DNA of 34,959 bases from sequence record SRR2962707_744; one strand, 5' to 3'. Position 1 is the stretch's first letter, and every line of letters begins with the position of its first letter. The notes beneath the pieces were generated by a model. The model saw only the letters and a list, made by a program, of their open reading frames with translations, did not search any database and was not told where the DNA came from. Made by a program: the position numbers and the translations under genes. Of the stretch, positions 10,331-22,128 are shown in pieces.

Positions 10331-12385
10331 ATGTTTGAGTTTAGAGCGTTTGCGAAGAAGTATGGAGTTTATCTGCGCGCTCTGTTCTTGTTCTCCGTTA
10401 TCGGCAACATCCTCATACTGGCGCCTTCATTTCATATGCTGCAGGTCTATGACCGCGTGTTGGCATCAGGCAGCCGCACAACATTGCTCTACATCTTCTT
10501 GATCGCCGCGTTCGCTCTTATCGTATATGGCGTGTGTGAAGCCGTGCGTACGCGCCTTGCGCAGCGCTTAGCCGCAAAATACACGGTCGACGTATCAGAC
10601 AAGATGTTTGCTAAGTTCGCTCAATTTCCAAACTCATCTTCGGCTGCATCGCTCTATTTGCGCGAATATTCCACAATACGCTCATTCCTCAGCAGCCGAA
10701 TAATGGTCTCGCTTTTTGATGTGCCATTTATCCCGCTCTATATTGGGCTGCTATTTATGGTTCATTGGAGCATTGGCGTTCTTACGCTCATTGGCGTTGT
10801 TGTGATGACCTTCATCAGCCTTGCCAATGGTAAATTCGGCGAAGAAAGCCGATTAAAGAGCAGACAGGCTGAGAACGAAGCTATTGGCTTTGCGCAGTCT
10901 GTTTATTCGCGCGGCGAAGACGTGCGCTCGCTCGGCCTCTTGCCAAACTTCATCACACTATGGGGCAAACGCACAGCCGCATCACTCAATGCGTCTGACG
11001 GCTCTGCCGATCAATCAGCGACATTCTACGCGCTTGGCAAAGCATTCCGCCAAATCCTGCAGATTTCAATCATGGCTTGGGGCGCATTCCTCGTGCTTGA
11101 TGGCGATATGTCTGGCGGCATGATTTTCCTTTCATCTATGATTTCAGGCAAAGCGCTTGCGCCAGTTGAACAAGTAATTGGTGCAACTGAACAAATTGGT
11201 CGGGCTATTGCGGCATACCGCAAAATTGATGAATTGACGGGCGCGGAAAAAACACTGATGCGTCGTCCGGACTTGCCAACGCCGCAAGGATTGCTTGAGG
11301 CTAATGGTCTTATCTATGTGCCGGAAAACGCCAAAATGGATCAACGGATCGTTGACCGCGTGTCACTGCGTGCCGCGCCGGGCGAATTAACTGCAATTAT
11401 CGGTCCAATCGGATCTGGCAAATCAACATTCATTCGTATGATGGCAGGCGCTTTAACGCCGACTGTTGGTGAAATCACAATGGATGGTGCGCCAATCACA
11501 CAATGGTCAGGGTCACAATGGGGTCGCTCTATCGGCTATGTGAGCCAAGAAATTGAATTGTTCGCCGGAACTGTGGCCGAAAACATCGCACGTTTTGATA
11601 TCGGTGCGCCTGAAGATGCAGTTTACACCGCTGCTAAACGGGCAGGGGTTCATGACTTCATTTTGTCTCTGCCCGGCGGTTATCAAACACCCACCGGAAA
11701 CGGTCAATTCGTCTTTTCACCTGGTCAAAAGCAGCAAATTGCGATGGCCCGCGCGTTTTATGGCAGCCCCAAAATCCTGCTCCTTGATGAGCCGAATGCG
11801 TCACTCGATCAGGAAACTGAGATGCGTTTGCTCAACGCGCTTTCTGCTGCCAAGCAAGAAGGCTTGTCCATCATCGTCATTTCGCAGCGCGCAAGCATTT
11901 TTAAGATCGCAGATCACGTCCTGCGCATGGATGGCGGCCGTGGCAAAATGGTCGACAAGGATGACTTGATGCCAAAACAGTCATCACCAAATCCAATTTC
12001 AATTCCGCAGCAAGCAAGACCGGTTGCTAATACAAAAAATGCGGCGACCGCTAAAGCTGAAGGTTTCAAAGTCCTCGCTGAGAAAGCAAAACCACAAACA
12101 TCTCGGCCAACTGCTGTAGCAACCAAGCCTGTGATTGTGCCAAAACCTGCTGCCGCGCCAGTTGCAGTTCAGCCGTCCGCGCCTCAGCGAGAAGAAGTTA
12201 AACCGCAATTTTCTCAACCACGCCAAGTCGTTGAAGCGCCACCTGTTGTGACATCCATTCGCGCGCAGGTCGACAAGTTGCGCCAGGCCATTGAGATTTC
12301 TCAGCTCGAAGCGCGCGAAGGTTTCGATATGCTCGAAAAACAAAAAGATGAAGCCAATTCTAGAGTAAATGGAGGTGCTTCATGA
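10331..12385 (+). CDS. Type I secretion ABC permease/ATPase (PrtD/AprD-like) with C-terminal extension
   Basis: MLQVYDRVLASGS..TL, FDVPFIP, KALAPVEQ, Walker A GPIGSGKST, LFAGTVAENIARF, Walker B LLLDEPNASLD; no C39 domain. Start placed at ATG 10331. Confidence 0.93.
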   Translation: MFEFRAFAKKYGVYLRALFLFSVIGNILILAPSFHMLQVYDRVLASGSRTTLLYIFLIAAFALIVYGVCEAVRTRLAQRLAAKYTVDVSDKMFAKFAQFPNSSSAASLYLREYSTIRSFLSSRIMVSLFDVPFIPLYIGLLFMVHWSIGVLTLIGVVVMTFISLANGKFGEESRLKSRQAENEAIGFAQSVYSRGEDVRSLGLLPNFITLWGKRTAASLNASDGSADQSATFYALGKAFRQILQISIMAWGAFLVLDGDMSGGMIFLSSMISGKALAPVEQVIGATEQIGRAIAAYRKIDELTGAEKTLMRRPDLPTPQGLLEANGLIYVPENAKMDQRIVDRVSLRAAPGELTAIIGPIGSGKSTFIRMMAGALTPTVGEITMDGAPITQWSGSQWGRSIGYVSQEIELFAGTVAENIARFDIGAPEDAVYTAAKRAGVHDFILSLPGGYQTPTGNGQFVFSPGQKQQIAMARAFYGSPKILLLDEPNASLDQETEMRLLNALSAAKQEGLSIIVISQRASIFKIADHVLRMDGGRGKMVDKDDLMPKQSSPNPISIPQQARPVANTKNAATAKAEGFKVLAEKAKPQTSRPTAVATKPVIVPKPAAAPVAVQPSAPQREEVKPQFSQPRQVVEAPPVVTSIRAQVDKLRQAIEISQLEAREGFDMLEKQKDEANSRVNGGAS

Positions 12386-13743
12386 GTGCTAATAAAGCAA
12401 ATTGGGAAGCCCAAGGCAGTTGGTATGAAGACGTAAATGTTGGTGTTAGCGATGTCCTATCCACCGGCAAAAAAGTCCTTCTAATTGCTTTTGTCATTTT
12501 TGCGGCTTGGGCTTTGTTTGTGCCTTTGCAATCTGCAATTCATGCGAATGGAAGCATTGTCGCTATTGGTAAAAACCAGATACTTCAGCATCGCGCAGGC
12601 GGAATTGTACGCCAAATTTTGGCAAATGAAGGCGATCATGTTGATAAGGGTGATGTGCTTTATGTGCTTGAACCTGCAAACAATCAGGCAGAATTGACAA
12701 AGCTACGTGCAGATCAAGCTCGATTGCTAGCGATTAAACAGCGATTGGTCTCTGAAAAATCTTCAACGAGTTCTGCTCAGCCAGTTGATACAATAAAAAC
12801 ATTCGCTTTGCGCGCGGGCGACGATGTCCAAAGCACCGTATTGTCAAGCGAACTCTACGAGGAGCAGCGCTATGAATTTGAAGCTGGTAGAAGCGCTCTC
12901 GCTGCTCAAATCGATGGCCTTCAACAACGCCGCGAAGCATTACAGAGCCGCCGTGATGGATTGATTGAACGTCTGTCTGATCTTAAAAAGCAAGTCAGCA
13001 TCCTGCAAAGACAAATGGATAGCGCACGCGCGCTCGTTCGTGACGGTCATATATCGCAGGATCAAGCTTGGAATGTTGAAACGCAATTACTCGCGACACG
13101 TTCTGAACTTTCCCAAACGCAGGCAGAACGCAACTCTATCGAAAACGATATTCTTGAGGCTGCAGCAGAGATTGACCGCGTTCGCTCAATGGATCAGCGC
13201 CAAACTTCTGAAACATTGACGACCGTTCTGGCTGACTTGTCTCGCATTACGGATGAAATCAAAGCGGTCGAATTAGCGCTCAATGAGACGCAAATACGCG
13301 CGCCAGAATCTGGCACTTTGATCCATCCTTCTGTCACAACCATCGGCGGCGTAATTAAACCCGGTGATGCTTTGGCCGAAATTGTACCGACCAACTCTGC
13401 GCTCGAAATTCGTGTGAAAGTGCTACCGCAAGATATTGGCCGCGTCCGTGTCGGTCAGGATGCAGAAGTAAAGGTCACTGCTTTGAACCCGCGTCTTTAC
13501 AGCAAGATTACCGGTAAGGTGAACTTCGTCGCAGCAGACACGACAACAGACCCGCGCACGCAAATGAAGTATTTTGATGTGGCTGTTACGCTCGACGATA
13601 ATCTCGCCGATGACGCGGGCAATCCGCTGCTATCACCTGGCATGACGGGTGACGCGTTCCTCAAAGGCAATTCACGGACATTTGCGTCGTATCTTATCCA
13701 GCCTCTTACTGAGAGCTTCAGCACCGCATTTTCGGAGTTCTAA
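12382..13743 (+). CDS. HlyD-family type I secretion periplasmic adaptor
   Basis: N-terminal TM, LQHRAGGIV..I...EGD.V.KGD, long coiled coil, IRAPESG, GGVIKPG..LAEIVP, LSPGM, YLIQPL; ATGA overlap with the ABC gene. Confidence 0.95.
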   Translation: MSANKANWEAQGSWYEDVNVGVSDVLSTGKKVLLIAFVIFAAWALFVPLQSAIHANGSIVAIGKNQILQHRAGGIVRQILANEGDHVDKGDVLYVLEPANNQAELTKLRADQARLLAIKQRLVSEKSSTSSAQPVDTIKTFALRAGDDVQSTVLSSELYEEQRYEFEAGRSALAAQIDGLQQRREALQSRRDGLIERLSDLKKQVSILQRQMDSARALVRDGHISQDQAWNVETQLLATRSELSQTQAERNSIENDILEAAAEIDRVRSMDQRQTSETLTTVLADLSRITDEIKAVELALNETQIRAPESGTLIHPSVTTIGGVIKPGDALAEIVPTNSALEIRVKVLPQDIGRVRVGQDAEVKVTALNPRLYSKITGKVNFVAADTTTDPRTQMKYFDVAVTLDDNLADDAGNPLLSPGMTGDAFLKGNSRTFASYLIQPLTESFSTAFSEF

Positions 13744-13745
13744 GT

Positions 13746-15218
13746 ATGAAAATGGCAACAAGATATCTAACAATCGCCATTGCTATTGGTCTATCAAGCT
13801 CAGTAGCGTTTGCTGATAACGAACCCATTCATTTGCGCGGGACAGTAGAAAATGACGCTGCACAGCAGCAGATGGAATTACGGTCAACGACCTATGGCAT
13901 GAGCCGTAGCCAGAAAAATAATGGCAATTGCCGGTTTTTCTTTTCTAAATGCGCACAGGCAAAAATGGCTCAACCGGTGCAGCGCCAAAGATACACACAA
14001 ATAGTCGAAAACATTGGTTTGCGCGGTGCGGTTCGCGAAGCAATTTCTACCAACCCATTGGCAAAGGCTGCGCATCAAGACACGATTGCGGCGCAGGCGG
14101 CGAAGTGGCGTTCAATTGTCGCTTATGCGCCAATTATTACTGGCTCGATTGATGTCAATCGCAGCTACAATAAAAGCTCTTCAGCTGTCGATACTTATGA
14201 AAATGCCAAAACCGCTACGATATCAGTCTCAATGCCAATCTTTACATCTGGACGGTTGTTTTTCGGCGCCCGCAAAGCACAAGCCGCTGAAATGGCAACG
14301 CGTTATCAAGAACTTTCAACGCAGAACCAAATTGCTGGACGTACAATCAACGCCTATCTGCAGTTCTATTATGCAAACCGCTCAAGTGCAGTTTTACAAA
14401 CACTTGTGAGCGATACCGAGAGCCTTCTTGTATCGGTACGCGCGCGCCGCAATGGCGGCTTTTCGTCGGACGCAGATGTTGCGCAAGTCGTAGGACAATT
14501 GGCAAATTATCGCGCACAGCTAAATTCTATGCGCAGCCAAACAAACACATCACAAGAACAGCTAGATTCGCTCGTAGGCCATCATGTGTCTGTCAGTTCC
14601 ATACAAGAACAAATGCAAGATCTGCCGATGCTTGGCCTTGATGAACTTCTCAATTCTGCGATGACGCGAAATGCCGATCTGATGGCCGCAACACATAGAT
14701 CAAGAGAAGCCGAATTCTCGAAGAATTCTGTTTTAGGAAGTTATCTACCTCAGGTGAATTTATCAGGCGATTACAGCCGCGATCTTGAAGGTGCAACCAG
14801 CCGCGACGACGATAGCTGGCGCATTGGCGTTCGCCTCACAATGCCCATCGTCAATCTTGCCGCAGCGCCTGATGTTGTCGCTGCAAATGCGCAGTCAAAA
14901 GCTGCGTATTATCGCGCACAAGACACGCGCAAACAGGTCGAATTAAGCATCCGCACATCCTACGAACAAACAATAACATCCGCAGATAACTTCGATTTGG
15001 CTATCGAAAACGTAACAGCAACTGCGCGGGTTACACAGGCCAAAAAAGAGCAGTTTAAACGCGGTGTTATTTCTCTTGATCGCTTGTTAGAGCAACGCGC
15101 AGTTCAGGCACGCGCAGAGATGGACAAAGTCAAAGTTCAGACAGAACTTTATAGCGCTAAGACAAATCTACTTATTCAGTCTGGCCGATTGAATGAAGTA
15201 ACGATGCAATATCAATAA
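13746..15218 (+). CDS. TolC-family outer membrane channel
   Basis: Signal peptide ending AFA; two OEP-like repeats (AISTNP, SMPIFTSG; YLPQVNLSG, GVRLTMPI, FKRGVISLDRLL); third gene of the T1SS operon. Confidence 0.88.
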   Translation: MKMATRYLTIAIAIGLSSSVAFADNEPIHLRGTVENDAAQQQMELRSTTYGMSRSQKNNGNCRFFFSKCAQAKMAQPVQRQRYTQIVENIGLRGAVREAISTNPLAKAAHQDTIAAQAAKWRSIVAYAPIITGSIDVNRSYNKSSSAVDTYENAKTATISVSMPIFTSGRLFFGARKAQAAEMATRYQELSTQNQIAGRTINAYLQFYYANRSSAVLQTLVSDTESLLVSVRARRNGGFSSDADVAQVVGQLANYRAQLNSMRSQTNTSQEQLDSLVGHHVSVSSIQEQMQDLPMLGLDELLNSAMTRNADLMAATHRSREAEFSKNSVLGSYLPQVNLSGDYSRDLEGATSRDDDSWRIGVRLTMPIVNLAAAPDVVAANAQSKAAYYRAQDTRKQVELSIRTSYEQTITSADNFDLAIENVTATARVTQAKKEQFKRGVISLDRLLEQRAVQARAEMDKVKVQTELYSAKTNLLIQSGRLNEVTMQYQ

Positions 15219-15243
15219 GTTGAATAGATTGAGGCGCTGCGTT

Positions 15244-16476
15244 TTAAACAATATCGCGCAGCGCTATAAATTCCACGCTTTCGCCAATCCTAGCTTTATC
15301 CGCATTGGGTGGTCGAATAACGAGCGCATTACAGGCTGCATAAAGCGATAAAAGCGACGAATCCTGATTTTCAAAAACGGTCGCGGTAAAACCATTTCCT
15401 GATTTTTCAACGATAGCGCGAGCATATTGTTCGCGCATGCCATTGGCACGGATATCATTGGCCAACTCAGCCTGTAAACGATGCGTGTGATGAACACGCC
15501 CAGCAAGTGCTGACACCAAGGGCACAAGAAAAACATGCGAACACACAAGGCTTGATACCGGATTACCAGGCAATCCAACAATACGCATAGCACCGAGACG
15601 GCCATGCATAAGCGGTTTTCCTGGCTGCATTGCGATTTTCCAAAAATCGATCTCCATGCCTGCATCAATAAATGTAGAACGCACGAGATCATGATCGCCG
15701 ACAGATGCGCCGCCAAGCGTAACTAAAACATCGCATTTTTCTGAATGAGCGCGTTCCAAAGCGGCTTGAAGTGAGGCTTGTGTATCTGCAGCAATGCCTA
15801 AGTCCACAATATGAGCGCCTGCCTCGCGCAAAATAGCCGCAACGCCATAGTAGTTGGACGCAATTATTTGGCCTTCAGCCAGTTCTGAGCCGGGGGCAAG
15901 CAGTTCATCGCCGGTCGCCAAAATGCCAACCTCTGGCATTTTATAAACAGGCACTGCCGCATAATTACCAGATGCAGCCAGAGACAAAGCCCCAGCATCC
16001 ATCGCGCGGCCTTTGGCTAAAAGCAGATCACCGATCTTAAAGTCTAATCCTGCGGCCCGCACATAGGTGCCTGCAGCCACGGCTTCATTATTTGTAATGA
16101 TACCGCCTTCAAGTGCTGTTGCATCTTCCTGAATAAGAACAGCATCCGCGCCAGCGGGTAGGGGCGCGCCGGTAAATATGCGCACCGCTTCATTAGCGCC
16201 AACGGTACCATTGAATACGTATCCAGCCGCAACTTCGCCAATAATTCGCAATTGATTGCCAACAGATGCAACATCTGAAGCGCGCACGGCATAACCATCC
16301 ATCGCTGATGCACCGAAGGGCGGCTGTGTACGCAGTGATTTCAAATCTTCAGCAAGAACGCGGTTTTGCGCATCATCAAGCGCAACCATTTCGACGCCGA
16401 TTGGATCAGCCCCAGCCAATAGGCGCTCTAGCGCTTGGCTGACCGACATCAGTGGCTTTCTCACCTGATCACTCAA
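15244..16476 (-). CDS. moeA: Molybdopterin molybdotransferase MoeA
   Basis: [54 protein letters not shown]. Confidence 0.97.
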   Translation of the reverse strand: MSDQVRKPLMSVSQALERLLAGADPIGVEMVALDDAQNRVLAEDLKSLRTQPPFGASAMDGYAVRASDVASVGNQLRIIGEVAAGYVFNGTVGANEAVRIFTGAPLPAGADAVLIQEDATALEGGIITNNEAVAAGTYVRAAGLDFKIGDLLLAKGRAMDAGALSLAASGNYAAVPVYKMPEVGILATGDELLAPGSELAEGQIIASNYYGVAAILREAGAHIVDLGIAADTQASLQAALERAHSEKCDVLVTLGGASVGDHDLVRSTFIDAGMEIDFWKIAMQPGKPLMHGRLGAMRIVGLPGNPVSSLVCSHVFLVPLVSALAGRVHHTHRLQAELANDIRANGMREQYARAIVEKSGNGFTATVFENQDSSLLSLYAACNALVIRPPNADKARIGESVEFIALRDIV

Positions 16477-16967
16477 GTTTCACGCGCCCAATCGCCAGAT
16501 TTACCACCCGTTTTATTCAGCAATTTGATGTCTTCAATAATCATAGATTTATCAATGGCCTTGGCCATATCGTAAATCGTTAGACAGGCAATCGACGCTG
16601 CGGTGAGCGCTTCCATTTCAACGCCAGTTTTACCGGTCAGGCGCACGCGGGCTTCCACTTGAATGCCTGTAAATTCCCTTCCTTCAGCAAAGTCGACTGT
16701 AATTTTCGACAGCATTAAAGGATGGCAAAGCGGTATTAATTCATGGGTTTTCTTCGCAGCCATAATGCCCGCAATACGCGCCGTACCCAGCACATCGCCT
16801 TTTTTTGCATCCCCAGCGAGAATAGCTCTTAAGGTCTCAGAACTCATAACCACACGGCCAGAAGCGACGGCTTCGCGCACCGTTTCTATTTTGCCCCCCA
16901 CGTCAACCATATGGGCTGCGCCATCAGCGCCCAAATGTGTGAGGTTTTGAGCATCATCATTTGCCAT
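16473..16967 (-). CDS. moaC: Cyclic pyranopterin monophosphate synthase
   Basis: LTH...[57 protein letters not shown]. Confidence 0.98.
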   Translation of the reverse strand: MANDDAQNLTHLGADGAAHMVDVGGKIETVREAVASGRVVMSSETLRAILAGDAKKGDVLGTARIAGIMAAKKTHELIPLCHPLMLSKITVDFAEGREFTGIQVEARVRLTGKTGVEMEALTAASIACLTIYDMAKAIDKSMIIEDIKLLNKTGGKSGDWARET

Positions 16968-16968
16968 T

Positions 16969-17790
16969 TTATCTATCGGTTCCGGTGGATTGCAGATCAG
17001 GCTTGGTCAACAGCGCTTTTGTCGCTGCCGCCACATCATCCTGCCGCATCAAACTTTCACCAATCAGAAATGTCGTTATGTCGCTTTGCTCTAACCGAGC
17101 ACAGTCTTCCGGTGTGAATATGCCGCTTTCGCCCACAAGGAAGCGGTCATCCGGTACCAATTTCGCGAGACGTTCACATGTTGAAAGACTAACTTCGAAG
17201 GTTCGTAGATTTCGATTATTAATGCCCAGCAAACGTGACTCTAATTTGAGAGCGCGCTCAAGTTCGGCTTCATCATGCACTTCGATGAGGGCATCCATGC
17301 CAAGTTCAAATGCCGTCTCCTCAAGCGCGTGAGCCAACTGGTCGTCGACACTCGCCATAATGATAAGGATCGCGTCAGCACCCCAGCTGCGAGCCTCATA
17401 AACCTGATAAACGTCATGCATGAAGTCTTTGCGCAGCGCGGGTAGGGAACACGCATTACGCGCTGCCACTAAAAATTCAGGCGCACCCTGAAATGATGGT
17501 GTATCAGTCAGCACAGAAAGACAGGCTGCGCCGCCTTCCTCATAGGCTTTGGCCAAGGCAGGTGGATCAAAGTCTTCTCGAATAAGGCCTTTTGAAGGGC
17601 TGGCTTTCTTGATCTCTGCGATCAAGCCATATTGCCCACGCGCTTTTTTAGCCTCTAACGCAGCAAGAAACCCGCGCGGCGCATCAACGTCTTGTATCTG
17701 CGCTTTCAAATTAGCAAGAGACACGACAGATTTAGCCGCCGCAATCTCTCCAAGTTTGTAGGCCTCAATTTTCTTTAAAATATCGACCAT
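16969..17790 (-). CDS. trpC: Indole-3-glycerol-phosphate synthase
   Basis: [45 protein letters not shown]. Confidence 0.98.
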   Translation of the reverse strand: MVDILKKIEAYKLGEIAAAKSVVSLANLKAQIQDVDAPRGFLAALEAKKARGQYGLIAEIKKASPSKGLIREDFDPPALAKAYEEGGAACLSVLTDTPSFQGAPEFLVAARNACSLPALRKDFMHDVYQVYEARSWGADAILIIMASVDDQLAHALEETAFELGMDALIEVHDEAELERALKLESRLLGINNRNLRTFEVSLSTCERLAKLVPDDRFLVGESGIFTPEDCARLEQSDITTFLIGESLMRQDDVAAATKALLTKPDLQSTGTDR

Positions 17791-18810
17791 TTATGCCGCA
17801 CCACCGTTAGAAACGCGCACCACACCATCGAGAACTTTTGCAGCCGCACCGCTATCGATTGCCTGTGCCGCTAGTTCAATTCCGTGCTTTATATCGTTAG
17901 CGATACCTGCAACGACCAAACCAGCACCTGCATTTAGGCACGCGATATCGCGGTATGCATTTTTTGCACCGCCAAGAACTTCACGCAGCGCCGCTGCGTT
18001 TTCCGCAGGTTCACCGCCAAGAAGTTTCTCCATCGAAACACGCGCTAGGCCGACATCCTCTGGATTAATCTCAAAAGATGAAATCTTGCCATTTTTAAGC
18101 TCAACAACCTGCGTCGTTCCGGCAGTTGTCAACTCATCAAGACCATCACCATGGACAACCCAAATGTGCTCTGCTCCAAATTCGCGAAGAACTTCCGCAA
18201 ATGGCATCAACCAGCGCGGATCATAAACACCTACAACTTGGCGCTTTACACCAGCCGGATTAGACAAGGGGCCCAGCAAGTTAAATATGGTACGTGTCCC
18301 AAGCTCAACGCGGCTCGGCCCAACAAAGCGCATCGCTGAATGATGCATCGGAGCAAACATGAAGCCAAGGCCAGCTTCGGCGATACAAGCGCCAATAGCA
18401 GTTGGATCTGCTTCTAAATTCACCCCCAGTTGGGCCAAAGCATCCGAAGCGCCTGATTTTGAAGACAAAGAGCGATTGCCATGCTTGGCAACCTTTGCAC
18501 CAGCACCAGCAGCGATAAGGGCTGCAGCCGTAGACACATTATATGTGCCTGAATTATCGCCGCCCGTACCAACGATATCGATAGCGCCGGCGGGTGCGAC
18601 CACCGGTGTCATTTTTGAACGCATGGTCGAAACAGCGCCAAAAATCTCATCAATGGTTTCACCGCGCACACGCAGCGCCATAAGAAAACCGCCTATTTGA
18701 GACGGCGTTGCTTCGCCAGACATGATAATATCAAAAGCAGCCAATGCCTCTTGGCTCGATAGCGTCTTGCCGTCAGCAACTTTTGCAATAATTGGTTTTA
18801 AATCATTCAT
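17791..18810 (-). CDS. trpD: Anthranilate phosphoribosyltransferase
   Basis: [41 protein letters not shown]. Confidence 0.98.
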   Translation of the reverse strand: MNDLKPIIAKVADGKTLSSQEALAAFDIIMSGEATPSQIGGFLMALRVRGETIDEIFGAVSTMRSKMTPVVAPAGAIDIVGTGGDNSGTYNVSTAAALIAAGAGAKVAKHGNRSLSSKSGASDALAQLGVNLEADPTAIGACIAEAGLGFMFAPMHHSAMRFVGPSRVELGTRTIFNLLGPLSNPAGVKRQVVGVYDPRWLMPFAEVLREFGAEHIWVVHGDGLDELTTAGTTQVVELKNGKISSFEINPEDVGLARVSMEKLLGGEPAENAAALREVLGGAKNAYRDIACLNAGAGLVVAGIANDIKHGIELAAQAIDSGAAAKVLDGVVRVSNGGAA

Positions 18811-18818
18811 TGAAAGGC

Positions 18819-20711
18819 CTATCGCTGCACTATTGCCTGCTGAATGGCAGTTTGGTTGACTGAAGCTGGAAATTCAAGCTGCAGGCGGTTGACCATCTGA
18901 TCCAGCAGATCGCTTTGCAAAGATGACGTAACAGTTTTCGCCAATTCTGGCTGAAGCGTGTCAGCGCCGCCCAGTGGGCTAGAAATCGCCGTCACTTTGA
19001 AAACAAGACGGTTATTGCCTGTGGCACCTTTGTTAAATGCAACACCATTAGGCCCGACACTGAACACAGCAGAAACGCCGTTTGCACCAAAATCAGCATC
19101 GTCTGACGTACGCGTTAGGCCAAATTTGCTATCAATTGGATAGTTCTTTTCTTCGGCAAGCGCAGCAAGATCGCCGCCAGCTTTTACAGCGTCAACCAAT
19201 CGAGTGGCTTCTGCATCCAAGAGATTGTTCTTTTCCTGCACCAGCCAATTCGCTGTTACTTGTTCGCGTACCTCGTCAAGTTCGCGATCACGGTCAGGCG
19301 TAATGCTTGATACTTCATACCAAATGAAACCATCGCGGCCTGCATTAAGCGGTGGGTTTTCTGTTTCGGTTTCGGTGCTAAACACAGCATCAATTATTTC
19401 ATTTTTCTCATCGCCTAGATCAACCGCGTTGCCATCCATATCAAGGCCTTGGCGATCTACTGCATCAATCGTGACAACTTTTAGCTTTTGTGATGCCGCT
19501 GCCTCTTCAATCGTGGAACCAGCTGCACGTGCATCTTCGTAGCCATCATGCACATTCAATATAAGGTCACCGGCATTTACCCGCGCGATATCATTGCGAA
19601 TCTCATCGCTTACTTCTGCAAATGTTTTGGTAGAACCGGTCGTAATTTGCGAAACATGCAAGATGATTGGGCCAAATGTACCATCAAGCACATCGCTGAC
19701 GCTGTTTGTATCCGGCAAAGCAAACGCAGCCTCAGCCACTTTTGGGTCTGGTACTTTAATTTGCTCAAAAGTCCCCAGTGTCACGTCTTCCATTTTACGG
19801 CCGGCTTCTGTGACAGCATCTTCAAAACTCTGCCCAGCGCGAATTTTTGCCAATGCCGCATCAGCAGCAGCTTTGTCTGGGAAAACGAGTTGCTGAATTG
19901 TACGTGTTTCAGGCACCGAATAACGCGCTAGATTCGCATCATATTCCGCCCGAACATCTTCGTCAGATACGGATGCGGGATCTATCAACAAGTCAGTTGT
20001 TAATTTCACCATTTTAAAGCTGCGGTATTCTGGCGCGCGGTATTTGGCTTTGTTAGCAACAAAGTAAGTCGTCAAATCCGCATCGTCTGGCGCTGCGATT
20101 TCACCAAGTGTTGATTCATCAACGGTGATGTAGCTGACATCTCGTGTTTGGCCTTGAAATTCAAACAATGCACTGAGGAAGGTTTGAGGTGCTTTCATAC
20201 CGTCCGTTGTTGCTTCGATGATCTGCTGACGCATCGCAAATTTTTCACGGCTTTTAATATAGTCGGTTTCGCTCATGCCAACATTGGCCAAAACGCGCTT
20301 AAATTGGTTGCGATCGAACTGACCAGACAGGCCTTGAAACGATTGATCTTCAGCGATCAACGAAGCCAGTCGATCTTCAGACAAACCGAGATTCATCACA
20401 CGGGCTTGCTCATCAAGCACGGCGCCGCCCACCAATTGCTGGATGATTTGGTTTTCAACGCCCAGTTGGCGCGCTTGCTCAATGGATAATTGCTGCCCAA
20501 AGCGCTGAGAAAGAATGTTCACCTGACGATTATAGGCGAGGCGATACTCAACAGGCGACACTTTGGTTTCGCCAGCGGTCACAACAGCGCTGTCGCCTAA
20601 ATTGCCGCTGAGCTGGCCAGCAACGCCCCAAACGCCAAAACTAAGCATGAGAAGAAGAAGCAGGATTTTGGAAGCCCAGCCTTTGGATGCAGCACGCAGA
20701 AAAGTTAACAT
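18819..20711 (-). CDS. ppiD: PpiD-like periplasmic chaperone/peptidyl-prolyl isomerase (SurA N-terminal plus rotamase domains)
   Basis: N-terminal TM anchor ending SFGVWG; F....GQFD...F; Y..PE.R motifs; 630 aa; usual position between trpD and tpiA. Confidence 0.87.
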   Translation of the reverse strand: MLTFLRAASKGWASKILLLLLMLSFGVWGVAGQLSGNLGDSAVVTAGETKVSPVEYRLAYNRQVNILSQRFGQQLSIEQARQLGVENQIIQQLVGGAVLDEQARVMNLGLSEDRLASLIAEDQSFQGLSGQFDRNQFKRVLANVGMSETDYIKSREKFAMRQQIIEATTDGMKAPQTFLSALFEFQGQTRDVSYITVDESTLGEIAAPDDADLTTYFVANKAKYRAPEYRSFKMVKLTTDLLIDPASVSDEDVRAEYDANLARYSVPETRTIQQLVFPDKAAADAALAKIRAGQSFEDAVTEAGRKMEDVTLGTFEQIKVPDPKVAEAAFALPDTNSVSDVLDGTFGPIILHVSQITTGSTKTFAEVSDEIRNDIARVNAGDLILNVHDGYEDARAAGSTIEEAAASQKLKVVTIDAVDRQGLDMDGNAVDLGDEKNEIIDAVFSTETETENPPLNAGRDGFIWYEVSSITPDRDRELDEVREQVTANWLVQEKNNLLDAEATRLVDAVKAGGDLAALAEEKNYPIDSKFGLTRTSDDADFGANGVSAVFSVGPNGVAFNKGATGNNRLVFKVTAISSPLGGADTLQPELAKTVTSSLQSDLLDQMVNRLQLEFPASVNQTAIQQAIVQR

Positions 20712-20860
20712 TGATAGCCTCGGTTAAATATGTGTGTTGTCCGCTTTTATGAACGCTTTGCGACATAAGCAAGCCAAATGGGGTTTATAGTCGTCCACAA
20801 ACGCGCTAGCACAGCATAGAAGAAGAATTTTTATCCACAAATGACATTTTCGAGACAAAT

Positions 20861-21616
20861 ATGACGCCAAATATCAAACCATTGATCGCCGGAAACTGGA
20901 AAATGAACGGCCTTTCAGCCCAGTTAGAAGAAATAAAAGCGATTGGCGAAGGCGTTAACGCCTCTGGTCCTTATGAAGCACTGATTTGCACACCCGCTAC
21001 ACTTATGGAACGGGCAGCGGTTCAAGCTGGCGAATCTGGATTGAAAATTGGTGGGCAAGATTGCCATCAAAATGCATCAGGTGCTCATACCGGTGATGTT
21101 TCTGCGCCGATGATTGCCGATGTTGGTGCTTCATATGTCATCGTTGGCCATTCAGAACGCCGGACAGACCACGCAGAAACGGACGCTATTGTCTTGGCAA
21201 AATCACTGGCAGCCTATGAAGCTGGCCTATGTGCCATCATTTGCGTGGGCGAAACCCGCGAAGAGCGTGAAGCAGGTGAAGCGATGAATGTCGTTTCAAA
21301 ACAGCTAGCAGGCTCGGTTCCAGATGATGCTACACCTGACAATACAGTCATTGCTTACGAACCGGTTTGGGCAATTGGCACAGGCCTTGTCCCATCAAAT
21401 GAAGACATTGAAGCCATGCACGCGCATATACGCGCTGTCGTGGAAAAGCGATTTGGCGGCCAGGGTGCTCTCATGCGCATTTTATATGGCGGCTCGCTCA
21501 AGCCATCAAATGCTTCGGAAATTTTGAACATAAACAACGTAGATGGCGGACTTATTGGCGGCGCGAGCTTGAAAGCAAGCGATTTCCTCGCCATTTGCGG
21601 TGCAGTTCCGGCTTAA
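20861..21616 (+). CDS. tpiA: Triosephosphate isomerase
   Basis: [44 protein letters not shown]. Confidence 0.99.
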   Translation: MTPNIKPLIAGNWKMNGLSAQLEEIKAIGEGVNASGPYEALICTPATLMERAAVQAGESGLKIGGQDCHQNASGAHTGDVSAPMIADVGASYVIVGHSERRTDHAETDAIVLAKSLAAYEAGLCAIICVGETREEREAGEAMNVVSKQLAGSVPDDATPDNTVIAYEPVWAIGTGLVPSNEDIEAMHAHIRAVVEKRFGGQGALMRILYGGSLKPSNASEILNINNVDGGLIGGASLKASDFLAICGAVPA

Positions 21617-21719
21617 TAGCCATTTTAAACAGACTATTTTCAGACATTGCCTGCTGCGCCCTTGGCATCGGCCATCATTCGATGTATTGACGCGCCGCTA
21701 GCTAATTCAGGTATTCCTT

Positions 21720-22121
21720 ATGCAAAACGTACTTATCGTCATTCACCTCATCGTGGTTATCGCACTCGTAATCGTTGTTCTTCTTCAACGGTCGGAAGGC
21801 GGCGGACTAGGCATTGGCGGCGGTGGCGGCGGTATGATGAGCGCTCGCGGCGCAGCCGATGCGTTGACCCGCACGACTCAAATTTTGGGCGCGGCCTTCT
21901 TCGTTACCTCTTTGGCGTTGGGCATTTTGGCCCGTTACGGCGATAATCCAACCGATATTTTGAACCGTATCCCGCTGAACGCGCCAAGTCAGAGCGAAAC
22001 AACGATCCCTTCAGAGGGCGGTATTCTTAATCAGTTGGGTGGCCCTGCTACAGCACCGACGACAACGCCGGACGCAGCAGCACCTACAACCCCAGCGGCA
22101 CCTGCCGTTCCAACAGAGTAA
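21720..22121 (+). CDS. secG: Preprotein translocase subunit SecG
   Basis: VLLQRSEGGGLG...ARG...ALTRTT; two TM segments; lies between tpiA and pyrG. Confidence 0.96.
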   Translation: MQNVLIVIHLIVVIALVIVVLLQRSEGGGLGIGGGGGGMMSARGAADALTRTTQILGAAFFVTSLALGILARYGDNPTDILNRIPLNAPSQSETTIPSEGGILNQLGGPATAPTTTPDAAAPTTPAAPAVPTE

Positions 22122-22128
22122 TTTCATT

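Noticed and set aside
16969-18810. trpD-trpC without trpE/trpG
   Set aside because: Split trp clusters with trpDC-moaC-moeA are normal in Rhizobiales.
21950-22121. Pro/Thr/Ala-rich tail of SecG
   Set aside because: Low-complexity tails are usual in alphaproteobacterial SecG.
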